NCBI GenBank assembly: GCA_013374835.1
Contig: CP055307.1
Location: 813,304-877,303 of the forward strand
DNA length: 64,000 nucleotides
From: Candidatus Woesebacteria bacterium
Lineage (GTDB): Bacteria > Patescibacteriota > Microgenomatia > UBA8517
Reading direction: 5' to 3'
A program made the translations under genes and the position numbers. Below are positions 1 to 8,784 of the stretch, one piece after another (position 1 is the stretch's first letter; each line of letters opens with the position of its first letter). Below the pieces are notes generated by a model. It made no database searches and was not told where the DNA came from. It saw only the letters and a list, made by a program, of their open reading frames with translations.

Positions 1-96
1 AGTTATTTTATTGACATGTACCCCTTATTATTGACTCAGGGAAAAACAGATACAATAAAAAAGAATATAAACCACCCTAAAGATTACACAAAGTAT

Positions 97-125
97 TTTC
101 AAACAAAAAGACTTGGTATTATAAT
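97..125 (+). promoter_or_regulatory. putative sigma70-type promoter (TTTCAA-N17-TATAAT) upstream of the 178 CDS
   Basis: TTTCAA at 97-102 and TATAAT at 120-125 with 17-nt spacing, about 50 nt upstream of the 178 start. Context is AT-rich, so this could be chance. Confidence 0.25.
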
Positions 126-177
126 TCGTCTCTATCAAAAGGATTACAATTTAGATTAGAGTAAAATTTTAGAAAGA

Positions 178-894
178 ATGGGATTATCAAAAACATTTCA
201 TGAAACTATCGGTGTTGGTATTGCAAAAGCAAGAGAAGCTGCTGCAAAAAGAAGATTAAAGGAATTAGAGCCAGGAGAACACTTAGTAGAACCAATGCCT
301 GTATATATAAGTCAATTTGCAAATGCAGATAGAAATCTAATTGAAGGGTTTTATAGACGAATTAAGGATAAAGTTGCAGCAGAAAGATTCGGAGCCGAAG
401 ATCTAAACCAATTTAGCTATTGGGCGTGGAGATCTTGTGGCATCGCTTGTATCCAGGCAGTACTTCAGACAGTCTATGAATACCGTGGTGATAAATTTGA
501 ACTAACTACAATGGATTTGATTCGAGAGGGGTTAGAGTTGGGTAGATATGATATTGAAAAAGATGTCGGTTGGTATCACAAAGCCTTAGTCGATCTTTCC
601 CGTAAACACGGATTGGAGAGTTGTATGCAAAAATTTATTCCCGCGCCCGAGATAGCTTTAATTATATCAAATAATAATTATGTCATTTCTTCAGTAAAAA
701 GTAATAGCGGTGGTCATTTGTTGCTTTTATATGGTTTTAAATTAAAGAGAAAAGACGAACTTGTGGGTTTTTGGTATCACGATCCTAATAATTTTAAAAC
801 CGATGGCATGAACAGATTTATATCCAAAGAAGAATTCAACAAATTGTCGACACGCAGAATTATAAGGATATCTTTAAAGAATCAATTGGTTTAA
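178..894 (+). CDS. papain-like cysteine peptidase domain protein (peptidase C39-like)
   Basis: Cys in [12 protein letters not shown] and a downstream His ([10 protein letters not shown]) in the spacing expected for the C39-like fold. No signal peptide. No adjacent ABC transporter. Confidence 0.45.
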   Translation: MGLSKTFHETIGVGIAKAREAAAKRRLKELEPGEHLVEPMPVYISQFANADRNLIEGFYRRIKDKVAAERFGAEDLNQFSYWAWRSCGIACIQAVLQTVYEYRGDKFELTTMDLIREGLELGRYDIEKDVGWYHKALVDLSRKHGLESCMQKFIPAPEIALIISNNNYVISSVKSNSGGHLLLLYGFKLKRKDELVGFWYHDPNNFKTDGMNRFISKEEFNKLSTRRIIRISLKNQLV

Positions 895-2864
895 AGCTTG
901 GTTTTATTTAGAGAGAGAGCATTGAGAACGACTATTATTGAGCTAGCGCTCATGAAAAGAGCCCCCCATTCGGGTCTTAGTAATATCTCCCACGGGTAGA
1001 AAACTCCCGCTGCAGCTGGAATTGCAAGAACATTATAACCTGCTGCCCAGAAAAGATTTTGCTTTATCTTTGTGTTTACTATTCTTGCAAGCTTAATAGC
1101 TTTTACAACATCCATGATGTTACTTTTTACAAGAATTATTTCTGCCGACTCTATGGCCACTTGAGTTCCTGCTCCTATTGCAATTCCCACATGAGCTTGA
1201 GTTAGGCTTGGTGCGTCGTTTACTCCATCCCCTACCATAGCGACCACGTTATTCTTTTTCTGCTTCTGAAGTGCCTTAATTTTTTCAACTTTTTCGTCGG
1301 GCAAAACCTCTGAATAAACCGTATCTATTGAAAGCTCTTTTGCCACTTTTTCGGCAACTTCCTTTTTATCGCCAGTAAGCATTGCTACTTTTATCCCCAT
1401 TTCGTGAAGCATTCTAACGGCTCTTTTTGACTCCGGACGTATACTATCCTCAAGAGAAATTTCGCCAATGAACTTTTTGTCTCTAGCTACTAGGACTTCA
1501 GTTTGAGAGAGTTTTTCTTCAAGTTTAGGAATTTTTATGCCGTATTTTGCCATCATTTTCTTGTTTCCCATCAATACTCTTGATCCACTCACAATTCCTT
1601 CTGCGCCTTTGCCGGGGATGGATTTGAAAGATTTAACAGGATTTATTCTAAGACCCCTTTTTTTTGCTTCTTTTACTATTGCCTTAGCTATTGCGTGCTG
1701 AGAGTGGGATTCTAGAGAAGCTGCAAGTGCAAGTGTAGTGTTGTTGGCTACTTTTGATACTTGGAATTCGCCTTGAGTCAGAGTTCCTGTTTTATCGAAA
1801 ACAATGTAATCTATTTTTTTTAAAGCTTCAAGGCCTTTCATGTCTCTTACTAATATTCCGTTCTTCGCTGCAATAGCGGACGAAATTGTTGTAACAGTGG
1901 GAATGGCAAGACCTAATGCGTGCGGGCAGGCTATTACTATCACAGCAATTGCGAGCGTAACTGCAAATACCGCGCTTTGTCCTGACACCGCGTACCAAAA
2001 AATAAATGTGCCAACGGCTATTGTTATTGCGGTGAAGGTTAAATATCTTGCTGCTTTATCTGCAAGAGCTTGAACAGCAGGTTTTGAATTCTGAGCAACA
2101 CTTACTAAATCCATTATTTGAGAAAGGGCTGACTCTTTACCTGTTTTGGTTATTTTAACCGTCAGGCTCCCATTTTGGTTGATGGTGCCACCAATTACAC
2201 TACTCCCCTTTCTTTTTTCAACAGGCACAGATTCACCTGTAAGCATTGATTCGTTTACCAAAGATTCTCCGCTTATGACCACTCCGTCTGCCGGTATGCT
2301 TTCGCCCGGCTTAACTAAGACAAGGTCGCCTTTTGAAAGAGACGAAGTATCTATATCAATAATTTCTTTGCCCATAATTTTGTGCGCCTTGGAAGGAATG
2401 AGCTTTGCAAGCTCTTTTAAGGCTCCACCTGTTTTGGATACTGCTCTCATTTCCATCCAATGTCCGAGCAGAAATGCCGAAACCAATGTTGATATCTCCC
2501 ACCAGAGTGACTCTGCCGGAAAAAGAAAAGTGCTTGAAGCCGAAAATAAATATCCCGAAATAACAGCCAAACTGACAAGAGTCATCATTCCGAAGTTTTT
2601 TGTTTTAATTTCTTCTTTTGCCGCTTCAAAAAAGGGCGTGCCGCCATAAAGCGATACCGCCGTACCAAGAAGAAAAAGCGCTAAATTTTTATATGGAAAG
2701 TTTATTGCAAAATTAAACCACTCGCCTATTTTTGGCGAAAGAAAGAGTATGGTAACGGTAAGAGGAAGAGTTATTAAAAAGCGCCTTCGGAAACCTTCTG
2801 CCATCGATCGATGGTGATCTCCATGATTTACGTGCGTATGGCTATGGTCTTTCATGCTTGGCAT
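891..2864 (-). CDS. copB: heavy-metal (copper) translocating P1B-type ATPase, CopB-like subtype
   Basis: DKTGTLT phosphorylation motif, GDGVNDAP hinge, TM6 CPH motif (CPHALGLA), TM8 MSASS, and a His-rich N-terminus ([12 protein letters not shown]). The start overlaps the upstream rhodanese gene by 13 nt. Confidence 0.9.
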   Translation of the reverse strand: MPSMKDHSHTHVNHGDHHRSMAEGFRRRFLITLPLTVTILFLSPKIGEWFNFAINFPYKNLALFLLGTAVSLYGGTPFFEAAKEEIKTKNFGMMTLVSLAVISGYLFSASSTFLFPAESLWWEISTLVSAFLLGHWMEMRAVSKTGGALKELAKLIPSKAHKIMGKEIIDIDTSSLSKGDLVLVKPGESIPADGVVISGESLVNESMLTGESVPVEKRKGSSVIGGTINQNGSLTVKITKTGKESALSQIMDLVSVAQNSKPAVQALADKAARYLTFTAITIAVGTFIFWYAVSGQSAVFAVTLAIAVIVIACPHALGLAIPTVTTISSAIAAKNGILVRDMKGLEALKKIDYIVFDKTGTLTQGEFQVSKVANNTTLALAASLESHSQHAIAKAIVKEAKKRGLRINPVKSFKSIPGKGAEGIVSGSRVLMGNKKMMAKYGIKIPKLEEKLSQTEVLVARDKKFIGEISLEDSIRPESKRAVRMLHEMGIKVAMLTGDKKEVAEKVAKELSIDTVYSEVLPDEKVEKIKALQKQKKNNVVAMVGDGVNDAPSLTQAHVGIAIGAGTQVAIESAEIILVKSNIMDVVKAIKLARIVNTKIKQNLFWAAGYNVLAIPAAAGVFYPWEILLRPEWGALFMSASSIIVVLNALSLNKTKL

Positions 2865-4048
2865 GCACCTCTCCCTTGGTTACTTTGATAGGGTAAATCC
2901 CCTACTTCTTTGTATATTCTCGCAGCTCCTTGCGCCGATGAGTAATCATTCCCCAGAGCGGTTTTTGCATCTACCGTATCCCATTTTATACCCTGCCTTT
3001 CGAAAAAAGTTGCCAAATATAAATATGTGTCAGGAAACCACATTGAATTCAGAGATAGAATGTATTTGTAAATTTCTCCCTCGCTTTTCCCTTCTGATAC
3101 AAGGAGTTCTATCACTGCAAGCGCCGCCATGCCGTGATTGCAATCCGGGAAGGCTGTGTGATTGCCACAGCATGGTCTATAAATATTTGAGGCTATTTCA
3201 TAGACTCTTTGCTGCTCGTCTTGGGTAAAATTTATCAAGTTAAGCTTGCCTAGATAATTTGTTGCATTTCCTTTGGATAGCGTCCAGCCTCCGGTTGATG
3301 CGAAGTTGCCTTTGGTGTCTTTGTAGGTAGTTCCCATAGGGCCTACTTCATATACTAAGCTTCTCTGAGCAAGTCCCAATGCCCAAAGGGTATTGAGAAT
3401 AAAGCGACTATTTTGATTATCAATCTTAATCAAGCTGTCTGAGCCTTTTGTCAGTATAAGCCTTTGTTCGTCAGTAAGGCTCATGAGTTCTCCATATTTT
3501 TGGTAATCTATCACGCCTGTTTCGACCAACTTCTTGGCTGTATTTTTCCAACCAACCGGAAGTGTTACCCCGTCTTGCGGAGCTATTTTATTTACTAACT
3601 TTGACAGGTCAAGCGTTTGGTATCCCGCTTTTTTCCATCCTTCCATACCACCTGATAAGTAGCTTACGTTTTTGTAACCTAAGCCCTTTAGTGTCTGAGC
3701 GGCTTTTTTACTCATGGATCCGGTTTTGCAATAAAGAATAATTCTAGCTTCTTTATCTTTAGGAAGCTTTTCCTTACTTGCAATTAAAAAATCATATTCT
3801 ATAAATAAATCTGTCTTTTCGATTTCACCCTCATAAGGAGTGTGGACGTTTATAAAAATAAAATCTTTGTTTTGGAGATTATCGCTAAGCTCTCGTATTG
3901 AAATATCTGAGACTCGATTTTTGTCTTTGTTAATCAAAACTCCCGATCGCGTTGCTAATAGCATAATACCCGGAAATACGGTGCCTAAAAGGATAATCTT
4001 TCGAAAACTAAACTTATGAAGTTTTTTTGTAAATTTATTAGATAACAT
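2852..4048 (-). CDS. membrane-anchored rhodanese-domain protein with a Cys-rich C-terminal domain of unknown function
   Basis: N-terminal TM helix. Rhodanese active-site region is [15 protein letters not shown]...GGMEGW. A roughly 250-aa C-terminal domain carries [14 protein letters not shown]. Translationally coupled to copB. Confidence 0.6.
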   Translation of the reverse strand: MLSNKFTKKLHKFSFRKIILLGTVFPGIMLLATRSGVLINKDKNRVSDISIRELSDNLQNKDFIFINVHTPYEGEIEKTDLFIEYDFLIASKEKLPKDKEARIILYCKTGSMSKKAAQTLKGLGYKNVSYLSGGMEGWKKAGYQTLDLSKLVNKIAPQDGVTLPVGWKNTAKKLVETGVIDYQKYGELMSLTDEQRLILTKGSDSLIKIDNQNSRFILNTLWALGLAQRSLVYEVGPMGTTYKDTKGNFASTGGWTLSKGNATNYLGKLNLINFTQDEQQRVYEIASNIYRPCCGNHTAFPDCNHGMAALAVIELLVSEGKSEGEIYKYILSLNSMWFPDTYLYLATFFERQGIKWDTVDAKTALGNDYSSAQGAARIYKEVGDLPYQSNQGRGACQA

Positions 4049-4571
4049 AATTTATTAGATAAAAAACAACAAAACTTAATAAAAGCATCGCACCAAGACT
4101 AAAAATTATCGGCTGATACGGGAAAAGAACCTTTCCTTTTGATTTTTTAATCGCTTGGTTTATAAGATCCGTAGAATAAAAGATGGCTCCGCCAAAAACA
4201 ACACCGAATACCAGCTTTGGGAGATTTAAGATTAAGCCGTTGTGTTCATTTACCAGTCCGAACTTATAAAAAGAGAGAACGGTGAGTATAAAAGTCGCAA
4301 GATATATTACAAACGATTGCATAGGGATAAAGCGTTTCTTTAGTGTATTTGCAAACCAGAGGCTCATTGCCCCAAGAAATGCCGCAAACCATATGCCCGT
4401 TATGGAGTCGTCTATTCCCAATATTCTTGAGAAAGAAAGGCCGGCTCCGGCACCGGCTACGCAGAGAGGACAATGGGCATGTGCCAAAGGCGGATTTAAA
4501 AGTGAAAGGTTAAAAATAAAAAAAAGCTGAAAAAAAAGAACAAAAATATACTTGAGCATTGAATTTTTCAT
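4038..4571 (-). CDS. polytopic membrane protein with HAHCPLC motif
   Basis: Several hydrophobic helices and HCPLC near the first helix. Overlaps neighbours by 11 nt and 7 nt gaps, so operon context supports it. Confidence 0.5.
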   Translation of the reverse strand: MKNSMLKYIFVLFFQLFFIFNLSLLNPPLAHAHCPLCVAGAGAGLSFSRILGIDDSITGIWFAAFLGAMSLWFANTLKKRFIPMQSFVIYLATFILTVLSFYKFGLVNEHNGLILNLPKLVFGVVFGGAIFYSTDLINQAIKKSKGKVLFPYQPIIFSLGAMLLLSFVVFYLINYVI

Positions 4572-4577
4572 TTATTC

Positions 4578-5072
4578 TCAATTTACTACTGTGCCCTCAA
4601 ACTTTAATTCCTTTATGCCTTCAGGATCTGAAAAGAAAAGCCAAACAATTCTTTCAAAATATCCCATGCCCTCAGATCCATGCGCCGCCGGGTCGAATTC
4701 TACTTTAACCGTCGCCACTTCATCGGCTGGAATATCTATATTGATTGGAGGATTTTTGTCAGTCGCGTGCTCCATTCCGAATAATTTTGACTCCTTACCA
4801 TTTATCGAAATAGAAGCATTAGTGCACATGCATGAAGTTGCTATTTTTTTTAGCTTTATAGATTTTCCCGATTTGTTTATTACCTTGTATTCTTTTTTTA
4901 CAAGTCCACCGTTTATTGGGACATTGCCTAAATCATAAGACGCGGGGTCTACGCTAACTGCGCCCACTTCGCCCAAAACTTTATTTTTGCCATCATTAAA
5001 TGTAGAAATACCTACGATTGAAAGAAATGAAATAATAATAAGAAATAAAAATGTTTTAATGTCTTTTCCCAT
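4578..5072 (-). CDS. secreted protein, DUF1573-like (TSCxCT motif)
   Basis: N-terminal signal/anchor followed by a beta-rich domain with TSCMCTNASI, resembling the conserved SCGCT of DUF1573 family proteins. Confidence 0.45.
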   Translation of the reverse strand: MGKDIKTFLFLIIISFLSIVGISTFNDGKNKVLGEVGAVSVDPASYDLGNVPINGGLVKKEYKVINKSGKSIKLKKIATSCMCTNASISINGKESKLFGMEHATDKNPPINIDIPADEVATVKVEFDPAAHGSEGMGYFERIVWLFFSDPEGIKELKFEGTVVN

Positions 5073-5343
5073 TTTTTTCCGACTTTCTAAAAACGGATAC
5101 TATTTCTTCAATTAATTTCTTCTTTTTTGCAGGAGGCGAGCTGATTTTATCCAATACGCATGTCTCAAGGTGTCCTCTTAAAATTATTTCATCTACTTTT
5201 TTAAGTGCTGCCTGGACTGCTTGAGATTGATGGATGATATCGGGACAGTACGCCTCTTCTTCAACCATGCGAATTACTTTTTTTAGGTGTCCGTCAATTA
5301 TCAAAAGCCTTTTAGATGTTTGTTTTTTGATTTTATTATTCAT
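5056..5343 (-). CDS. csoR: copper-sensing transcriptional repressor, CsoR/RcnR family
   Basis: YCPDIIHQSQAVQAALKKVDEIILRGHLETC gives C-x24-H-x3-C ligand spacing, as in Cu(I)-CsoR. I moved the start to the ATG at 5343, which is preceded by the G-rich SD GGGGGGGGTAGGG. The ORF track began at an upstream TTG at 5364. Confidence 0.8.
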   Translation of the reverse strand: MNNKIKKQTSKRLLIIDGHLKKVIRMVEEEAYCPDIIHQSQAVQAALKKVDEIILRGHLETCVLDKISSPPAKKKKLIEEIVSVFRKSEKNGKRH

Positions 5344-5346
5344 CTT

Positions 5347-5404
5347 ATTCCCTACCCCCCCCAAAGGGATATTAAATATTAAAAATAAATCTTTAGTTTG
5401 TCAA
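5347..5404 (-). promoter_or_regulatory. consensus sigma70 promoter (TTGACA-N17-TAATAT) with GC-rich pseudo-palindrome/G8 tract in the 5'UTR of csoR; putative CsoR operator
   Basis: Minus strand reads TTGACA (5404-5399), a 17-nt spacer, TAATAT (5381-5376), then ATCCCTTTGGGGGGGGTAGGGAAT (5370-5347) directly before the csoR ATG. Inverted TCCCT/AGGGA arms flank a G8 run. Confidence 0.55.
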
Positions 5405-5410
5405 TGCTGA

Positions 5411-5836
5411 TTATTCAACTACCAGCGTTCCTTCCATTCCAAGCTGTCTGTGATTGCCTATATCGCAGTAGAATGTGTAAATTCCAGGCTCCGCTTCGAA
5501 ACTAAATTCCATACCACTTTTAAGGTTTTCTTTAACTCCCAGCTCGTCTATCACAAAAGTGTGAATACCGCTGTTTTCCGCTACTTTGATAGTAATTTTC
5601 GGACCTTTTACCGTAATCTCGTTTGGTTCAAAGAAATAATTGCCTGATCTTATTTCAACCATTTCTATTTCAGCTTGATCGCTTTCCGCAGACTCTTTAT
5701 CAACATTTTCCCCTACCTCTTGATTGCTAGTAGTCATAAAAACATTTTGATTTCCTTTACCTTTAAAAACATAAATTCCTACTAATAGCAGCACTATTAC
5801 ACCAAGTGCTACTATAATGCCAGTATTTTTAATCAT
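5411..5836 (-). CDS. membrane-anchored cupredoxin (azurin/plastocyanin-like type-1 copper protein)
   Basis: N-terminal TM anchor. His in SGIHTF. C-terminal FYCDIGNHRQLGM gives C-x4-H-x4-M, the azurin-like ligand spacing. Confidence 0.75.
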   Translation of the reverse strand: MIKNTGIIVALGVIVLLLVGIYVFKGKGNQNVFMTTSNQEVGENVDKESAESDQAEIEMVEIRSGNYFFEPNEITVKGPKITIKVAENSGIHTFVIDELGVKENLKSGMEFSFEAEPGIYTFYCDIGNHRQLGMEGTLVVE

Positions 5837-5852
5837 CAGCTATCACCCCCTT

Positions 5853-6335
5853 TTAATCTAGATATTTATCCGGGTTTTTTTTGAACATATCTAAACAAGT
5901 TTTTTTACAAAAGTAGAATTGACGTTTTTTATACTTATAAGAAAACGGTGCTGTTTTGGGACACAATCTTGTTTTACAGACAGGATCGTGCGCCAAAGGG
6001 ACAAGATCACTCATTTTTTTATTTAAGATTTTTTCGAAATCTGTATTTTTGTATTTTTTGATCAAAAACTCACGTATAAGGCTTGTTGATTTAATAAAAT
6101 TAGGATCTGAAATTTTATAGAAAACATTTTTGCCTTTTTTATTTGTTTCAACAACGCCCGCGTCGCGAAGGATGCCAAGATGCTGACTTAGATTGGCTTG
6201 TGGAATATCGAGCATTTCTTCGATTTCTGCAACACATAGTTTTTTGCTTCCAAGAAGGCTTATTATTTCCAATCTTTTAGGGTGGCTTATGGCTTTAAGA
6301 AGATCAGCGTGGAGTTTGAATACTTGATGATACAT
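5853..6335 (-). CDS. ArsR/SmtB-family HTH regulator fused to a C-terminal Cys-rich YHS/TRASH-like metal-binding domain
   Basis: wHTH region LCVAEIEEMLDIPQANLSQHLGILRDAGVV. C-terminal tail CKTRLCPKTAPFSYKYKKRQFYFCKKTCLDMFKKNPDKY. Confidence 0.75.
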   Translation of the reverse strand: MYHQVFKLHADLLKAISHPKRLEIISLLGSKKLCVAEIEEMLDIPQANLSQHLGILRDAGVVETNKKGKNVFYKISDPNFIKSTSLIREFLIKKYKNTDFEKILNKKMSDLVPLAHDPVCKTRLCPKTAPFSYKYKKRQFYFCKKTCLDMFKKNPDKYLD

Positions 6336-6377
6336 ATTCGATATTTCGAATATATTACTTTCTAAGTTTTAAGTCAA
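6334..6377 (-). promoter_or_regulatory. promoter-operator cassette copy 1: TTGACT-N17-TATATT overlapping perfect palindrome ATATTCGA-TATT-TCGAATAT at the ArsR-like start codon
   Basis: Minus strand: TTGACT (6377-6372), 17-nt spacer, TATATT (6354-6349). The palindrome at 6334-6353 runs into the ATG at 6335-6333. The cassette lies in the last codons of ccdA. Confidence 0.5.
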
Positions 6378-7086
6378 TAAGCGCTTCTGAATTTTTTAAA
6401 ACAAAAGCCGAGAGAGTTCCGTATATACCAGTTAACATTAAAACGCCGAAAATTATTAATAATATACCGGATATTTTTTTTATATTTGGCCCGTATTTAT
6501 TTAGTATTTTTAACTTGGGGTAAAAAAAATCAAACGACAATCCGATTAATAAAAAGGGTAAAGAAAGACCCAGCGAAAATAAAAAAAGAAGAATTAGCGC
6601 AGAAGAAAAGGCTTGGGAAAAACTTATCCAAAGAAGTATTGTTGCCAAGACAGGTCCCACACACGGGGTCCATGAAAAAGCAAAAAACGCGCCAAGAATA
6701 AACCCTCCTGCTAAAGAGAATTTTGTCGGCCTCCGGTTTATAGAATAAGTTTTGTAGAATAAATCTATCTTTATAAATTCACCTAATAAAAGCCCCAGAA
6801 ATATAATTAGTACTGCCGAAACTAATCTAATGAATTCGCTATACATCGCTACGGATCTGGCTAGCGAATTTATTGTTGCTCCCATTATAAAAAATACCGA
6901 AATAAAACCCAGAGTAAAAAGTACTGCGTTTTTTAAAAATATTATTTTTGATTTTTTGTTTCCAATACCCGACGCTGAAAGATAGCTAACATAAATGGGG
7001 GCTATGGGGACTAAACAACCCGCAAAAAAAGTTAAAAAACCGGCAATAAATGAGGTCAAAAAATTAACGATCGAAATCGGAGGCAT
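6355..7086 (-). CDS. ccdA: cytochrome c-type biogenesis / thiol-disulfide transporter CcdA (DsbD-beta family)
   Basis: Six-plus TM helices with the conserved Cys-containing motifs FLAGCLVPIAPI and SWTPCVGP. Confidence 0.8.
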   Translation of the reverse strand: MPPISIVNFLTSFIAGFLTFFAGCLVPIAPIYVSYLSASGIGNKKSKIIFLKNAVLFTLGFISVFFIMGATINSLARSVAMYSEFIRLVSAVLIIFLGLLLGEFIKIDLFYKTYSINRRPTKFSLAGGFILGAFFAFSWTPCVGPVLATILLWISFSQAFSSALILLFLFSLGLSLPFLLIGLSFDFFYPKLKILNKYGPNIKKISGILLIIFGVLMLTGIYGTLSAFVLKNSEALIDLKLRK

Positions 7087-7091
7087 TAAAT

Positions 7092-7829
7092 TTAATTAAG
7101 CATTGCGTCAACCGCGCTTTTTAGCTGATCAAGCGGTATAGCTCCGGGAATTAGTTTTGTTTCTCCTGTTTCAGTATTTAGGAGTATATTTCCAGGCGTG
7201 CCGGTAACACCAGCACGGACACCCGAGTCGTAGTCAGCACTTACCAGATCTGCCGTTTCGCCCGAATCAAGACATGTTTGGAATCCTGCTTGATTTAATC
7301 CAATTTCTACAGCAAAATCAGGAAGAAGTGCTAGATCCAGACCATTATTCGCCGGGGTTACTTCGAATATTTTATCTATATATTGCCAAAAAGCTTCTTC
7401 TCCACCAAGCTTTCCTGCGCATTCTGCCGCCTCTGCCTCTTTAGGCGCTTTTGAATGTAGCTGCTCCAAAGGAAAATGCCTATAAACCCACATAACTTGA
7501 CCATTATACTCCTCCATTAACCTTTGTACAGTTTCATGAAAGTTCTTACAAAAAGGACACTCAAGATCCGAGTATTCTATAAGCGCTAACTTAGCACCTC
7601 TATCGCCTCTTACCCAATCTTTATCTGTGACTGGATCGACATCTTTTGCTATAGGCTCGACGGGAGCTGTTGGATTATTTTTTAGCGCATTCGAAGCTTC
7701 ATTTTTGGAAAGCACTTGCCCCTTTTCCATCATTTTTACTTTTGTCCAGAGGCTACCGATTATAAACGACCCAACAACAAGAGCGATAACCAGTAAGTAA
7801 ATGAAGGCATTGTTTTTGTTAATATTCAT
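7092..7829 (-). CDS. membrane-anchored thioredoxin-fold thiol:disulfide oxidoreductase (DsbA/TlpA-like, CPFC active site)
   Basis: DLECPFCKNFHE CxxC motif in a thioredoxin-like domain. N-terminal TM anchor. I placed the start at the ATG at 7829; the track used an upstream TTG at 7871. Confidence 0.75.
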   Translation of the reverse strand: MNINKNNAFIYLLVIALVVGSFIIGSLWTKVKMMEKGQVLSKNEASNALKNNPTAPVEPIAKDVDPVTDKDWVRGDRGAKLALIEYSDLECPFCKNFHETVQRLMEEYNGQVMWVYRHFPLEQLHSKAPKEAEAAECAGKLGGEEAFWQYIDKIFEVTPANNGLDLALLPDFAVEIGLNQAGFQTCLDSGETADLVSADYDSGVRAGVTGTPGNILLNTETGETKLIPGAIPLDQLKSAVDAMLN

Positions 7830-7871
7830 ATTCAATATTTCGAATATATAAACTCTTTTAACCCATGTCAA
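7828..7871 (-). promoter_or_regulatory. promoter-operator cassette copy 2: TTGACA-N17-TATATT overlapping palindrome ATATTCAATATTTCGAATAT at the thioredoxin-like gene start
   Basis: Minus strand: TTGACA (7871-7866), 17 nt, TATATT (7848-7843). The 20-bp palindrome at 7828-7847 differs from copy 1 by one base and again overlaps the ATG at 7829-7827. Confidence 0.5.
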
Positions 7872-7878
7872 CTACCAA

Positions 7879-8610
7879 TTACTCAATATGCGCAAGGACA
7901 TACATAAGAGAAATGCCGAGAATAAAAATGGCGAAATAGATAAGAGATTTTTTGAGACTTGTTTCATTTCTTATTTCTGGCATTAAGTCTGATGAAGCAA
8001 TATATATAAATCCTCCTGCTGCAAAGGGTGTCAGAAATTCTATAAATATATATCTATAAGAGGAGATATAGTAGCCCATCAAACCACCTAAAACAACCAT
8101 AAGAGCGACACAAAAATTGAGGATAAGAGCCTTGGATTTTCCCCACCCTGCATAGAGAAGTACACCGAAATCACCGATTTCTTGAGGTATTTCATGTAGC
8201 GCGACTGCTACGACCGTAACCCAGCCGAGTCTTACATCAACCAAAAAACTTGAAGAGATAATAAGCCCGTCGATAAAATTATGAACAGAATCTCCTATCA
8301 AATTCATTATACCCATCGCATGGCGATCGCATTGTCCTTTATGGCAGTGGCGCCAATGAAAAATTTTCTCAACCAGAAAAAAAACGATAAATGAAAACAA
8401 AACTAATAAAAATGCCTTTTCTGCTTCGAAATTTTCAAGAGATGCTGGAAGAAGATGAAGAAATGCGCCACCCATAAGAGATCCTGCTGATAAAGATATC
8501 ATATAGAATATAGCTCGCTCAAGCGTTTTTGTGGCAATTCCAAGAGTGAAAATCCCAATCAAAGCCCCGGACGATATTAGAAATGTGGAAAAAACTATAT
8601 ATAAAATCAC
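7879..8610 (-). CDS. zupT: ZIP-family divalent metal (zinc/iron) transporter, ZupT-like
   Basis: HNFIDGLII and HEIPQEIGDFGVLL signature helices of ZIP transporters. Confidence 0.8.
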   Translation of the reverse strand: MILYIVFSTFLISSGALIGIFTLGIATKTLERAIFYMISLSAGSLMGGAFLHLLPASLENFEAEKAFLLVLFSFIVFFLVEKIFHWRHCHKGQCDRHAMGIMNLIGDSVHNFIDGLIISSSFLVDVRLGWVTVVAVALHEIPQEIGDFGVLLYAGWGKSKALILNFCVALMVVLGGLMGYYISSYRYIFIEFLTPFAAGGFIYIASSDLMPEIRNETSLKKSLIYFAIFILGISLMYVLAHIE

Positions 8611-8784
8611 TTACAAGCATTCTAGCACAATTTTTAATTGCTGTAAGTTTAAATTATTGTATCACCTTTTCTTATGACCTTCCGATTAACACATTGACTA
8701 CCCCGCCTCTGTTCTGTAGGATTTAATAACCTTTTTAAGAGTAATTAAGTCGTTTCTCATAAGCATGATGGTGGATTATGCAGT

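Noticed and set aside
1840-2649. Plus-strand ORFs 1840-2073 and 2146-2649 inside copB
   Set aside because: These are antisense shadow ORFs within a strongly supported P-type ATPase gene. The same reasoning applies to the many other short antisense ORFs in the track (for example 4264-4530, 13315-13648, 21076-21375, 33672-33974, 62118-63326).
8611-8650. Extended -10 promoter (TGcTAGAAT) for the ZIP gene with near-leaderless start
   Set aside because: Plausible, but the -35 is weak and the true start codon of the ZIP gene is uncertain, so I did not list it as a feature.
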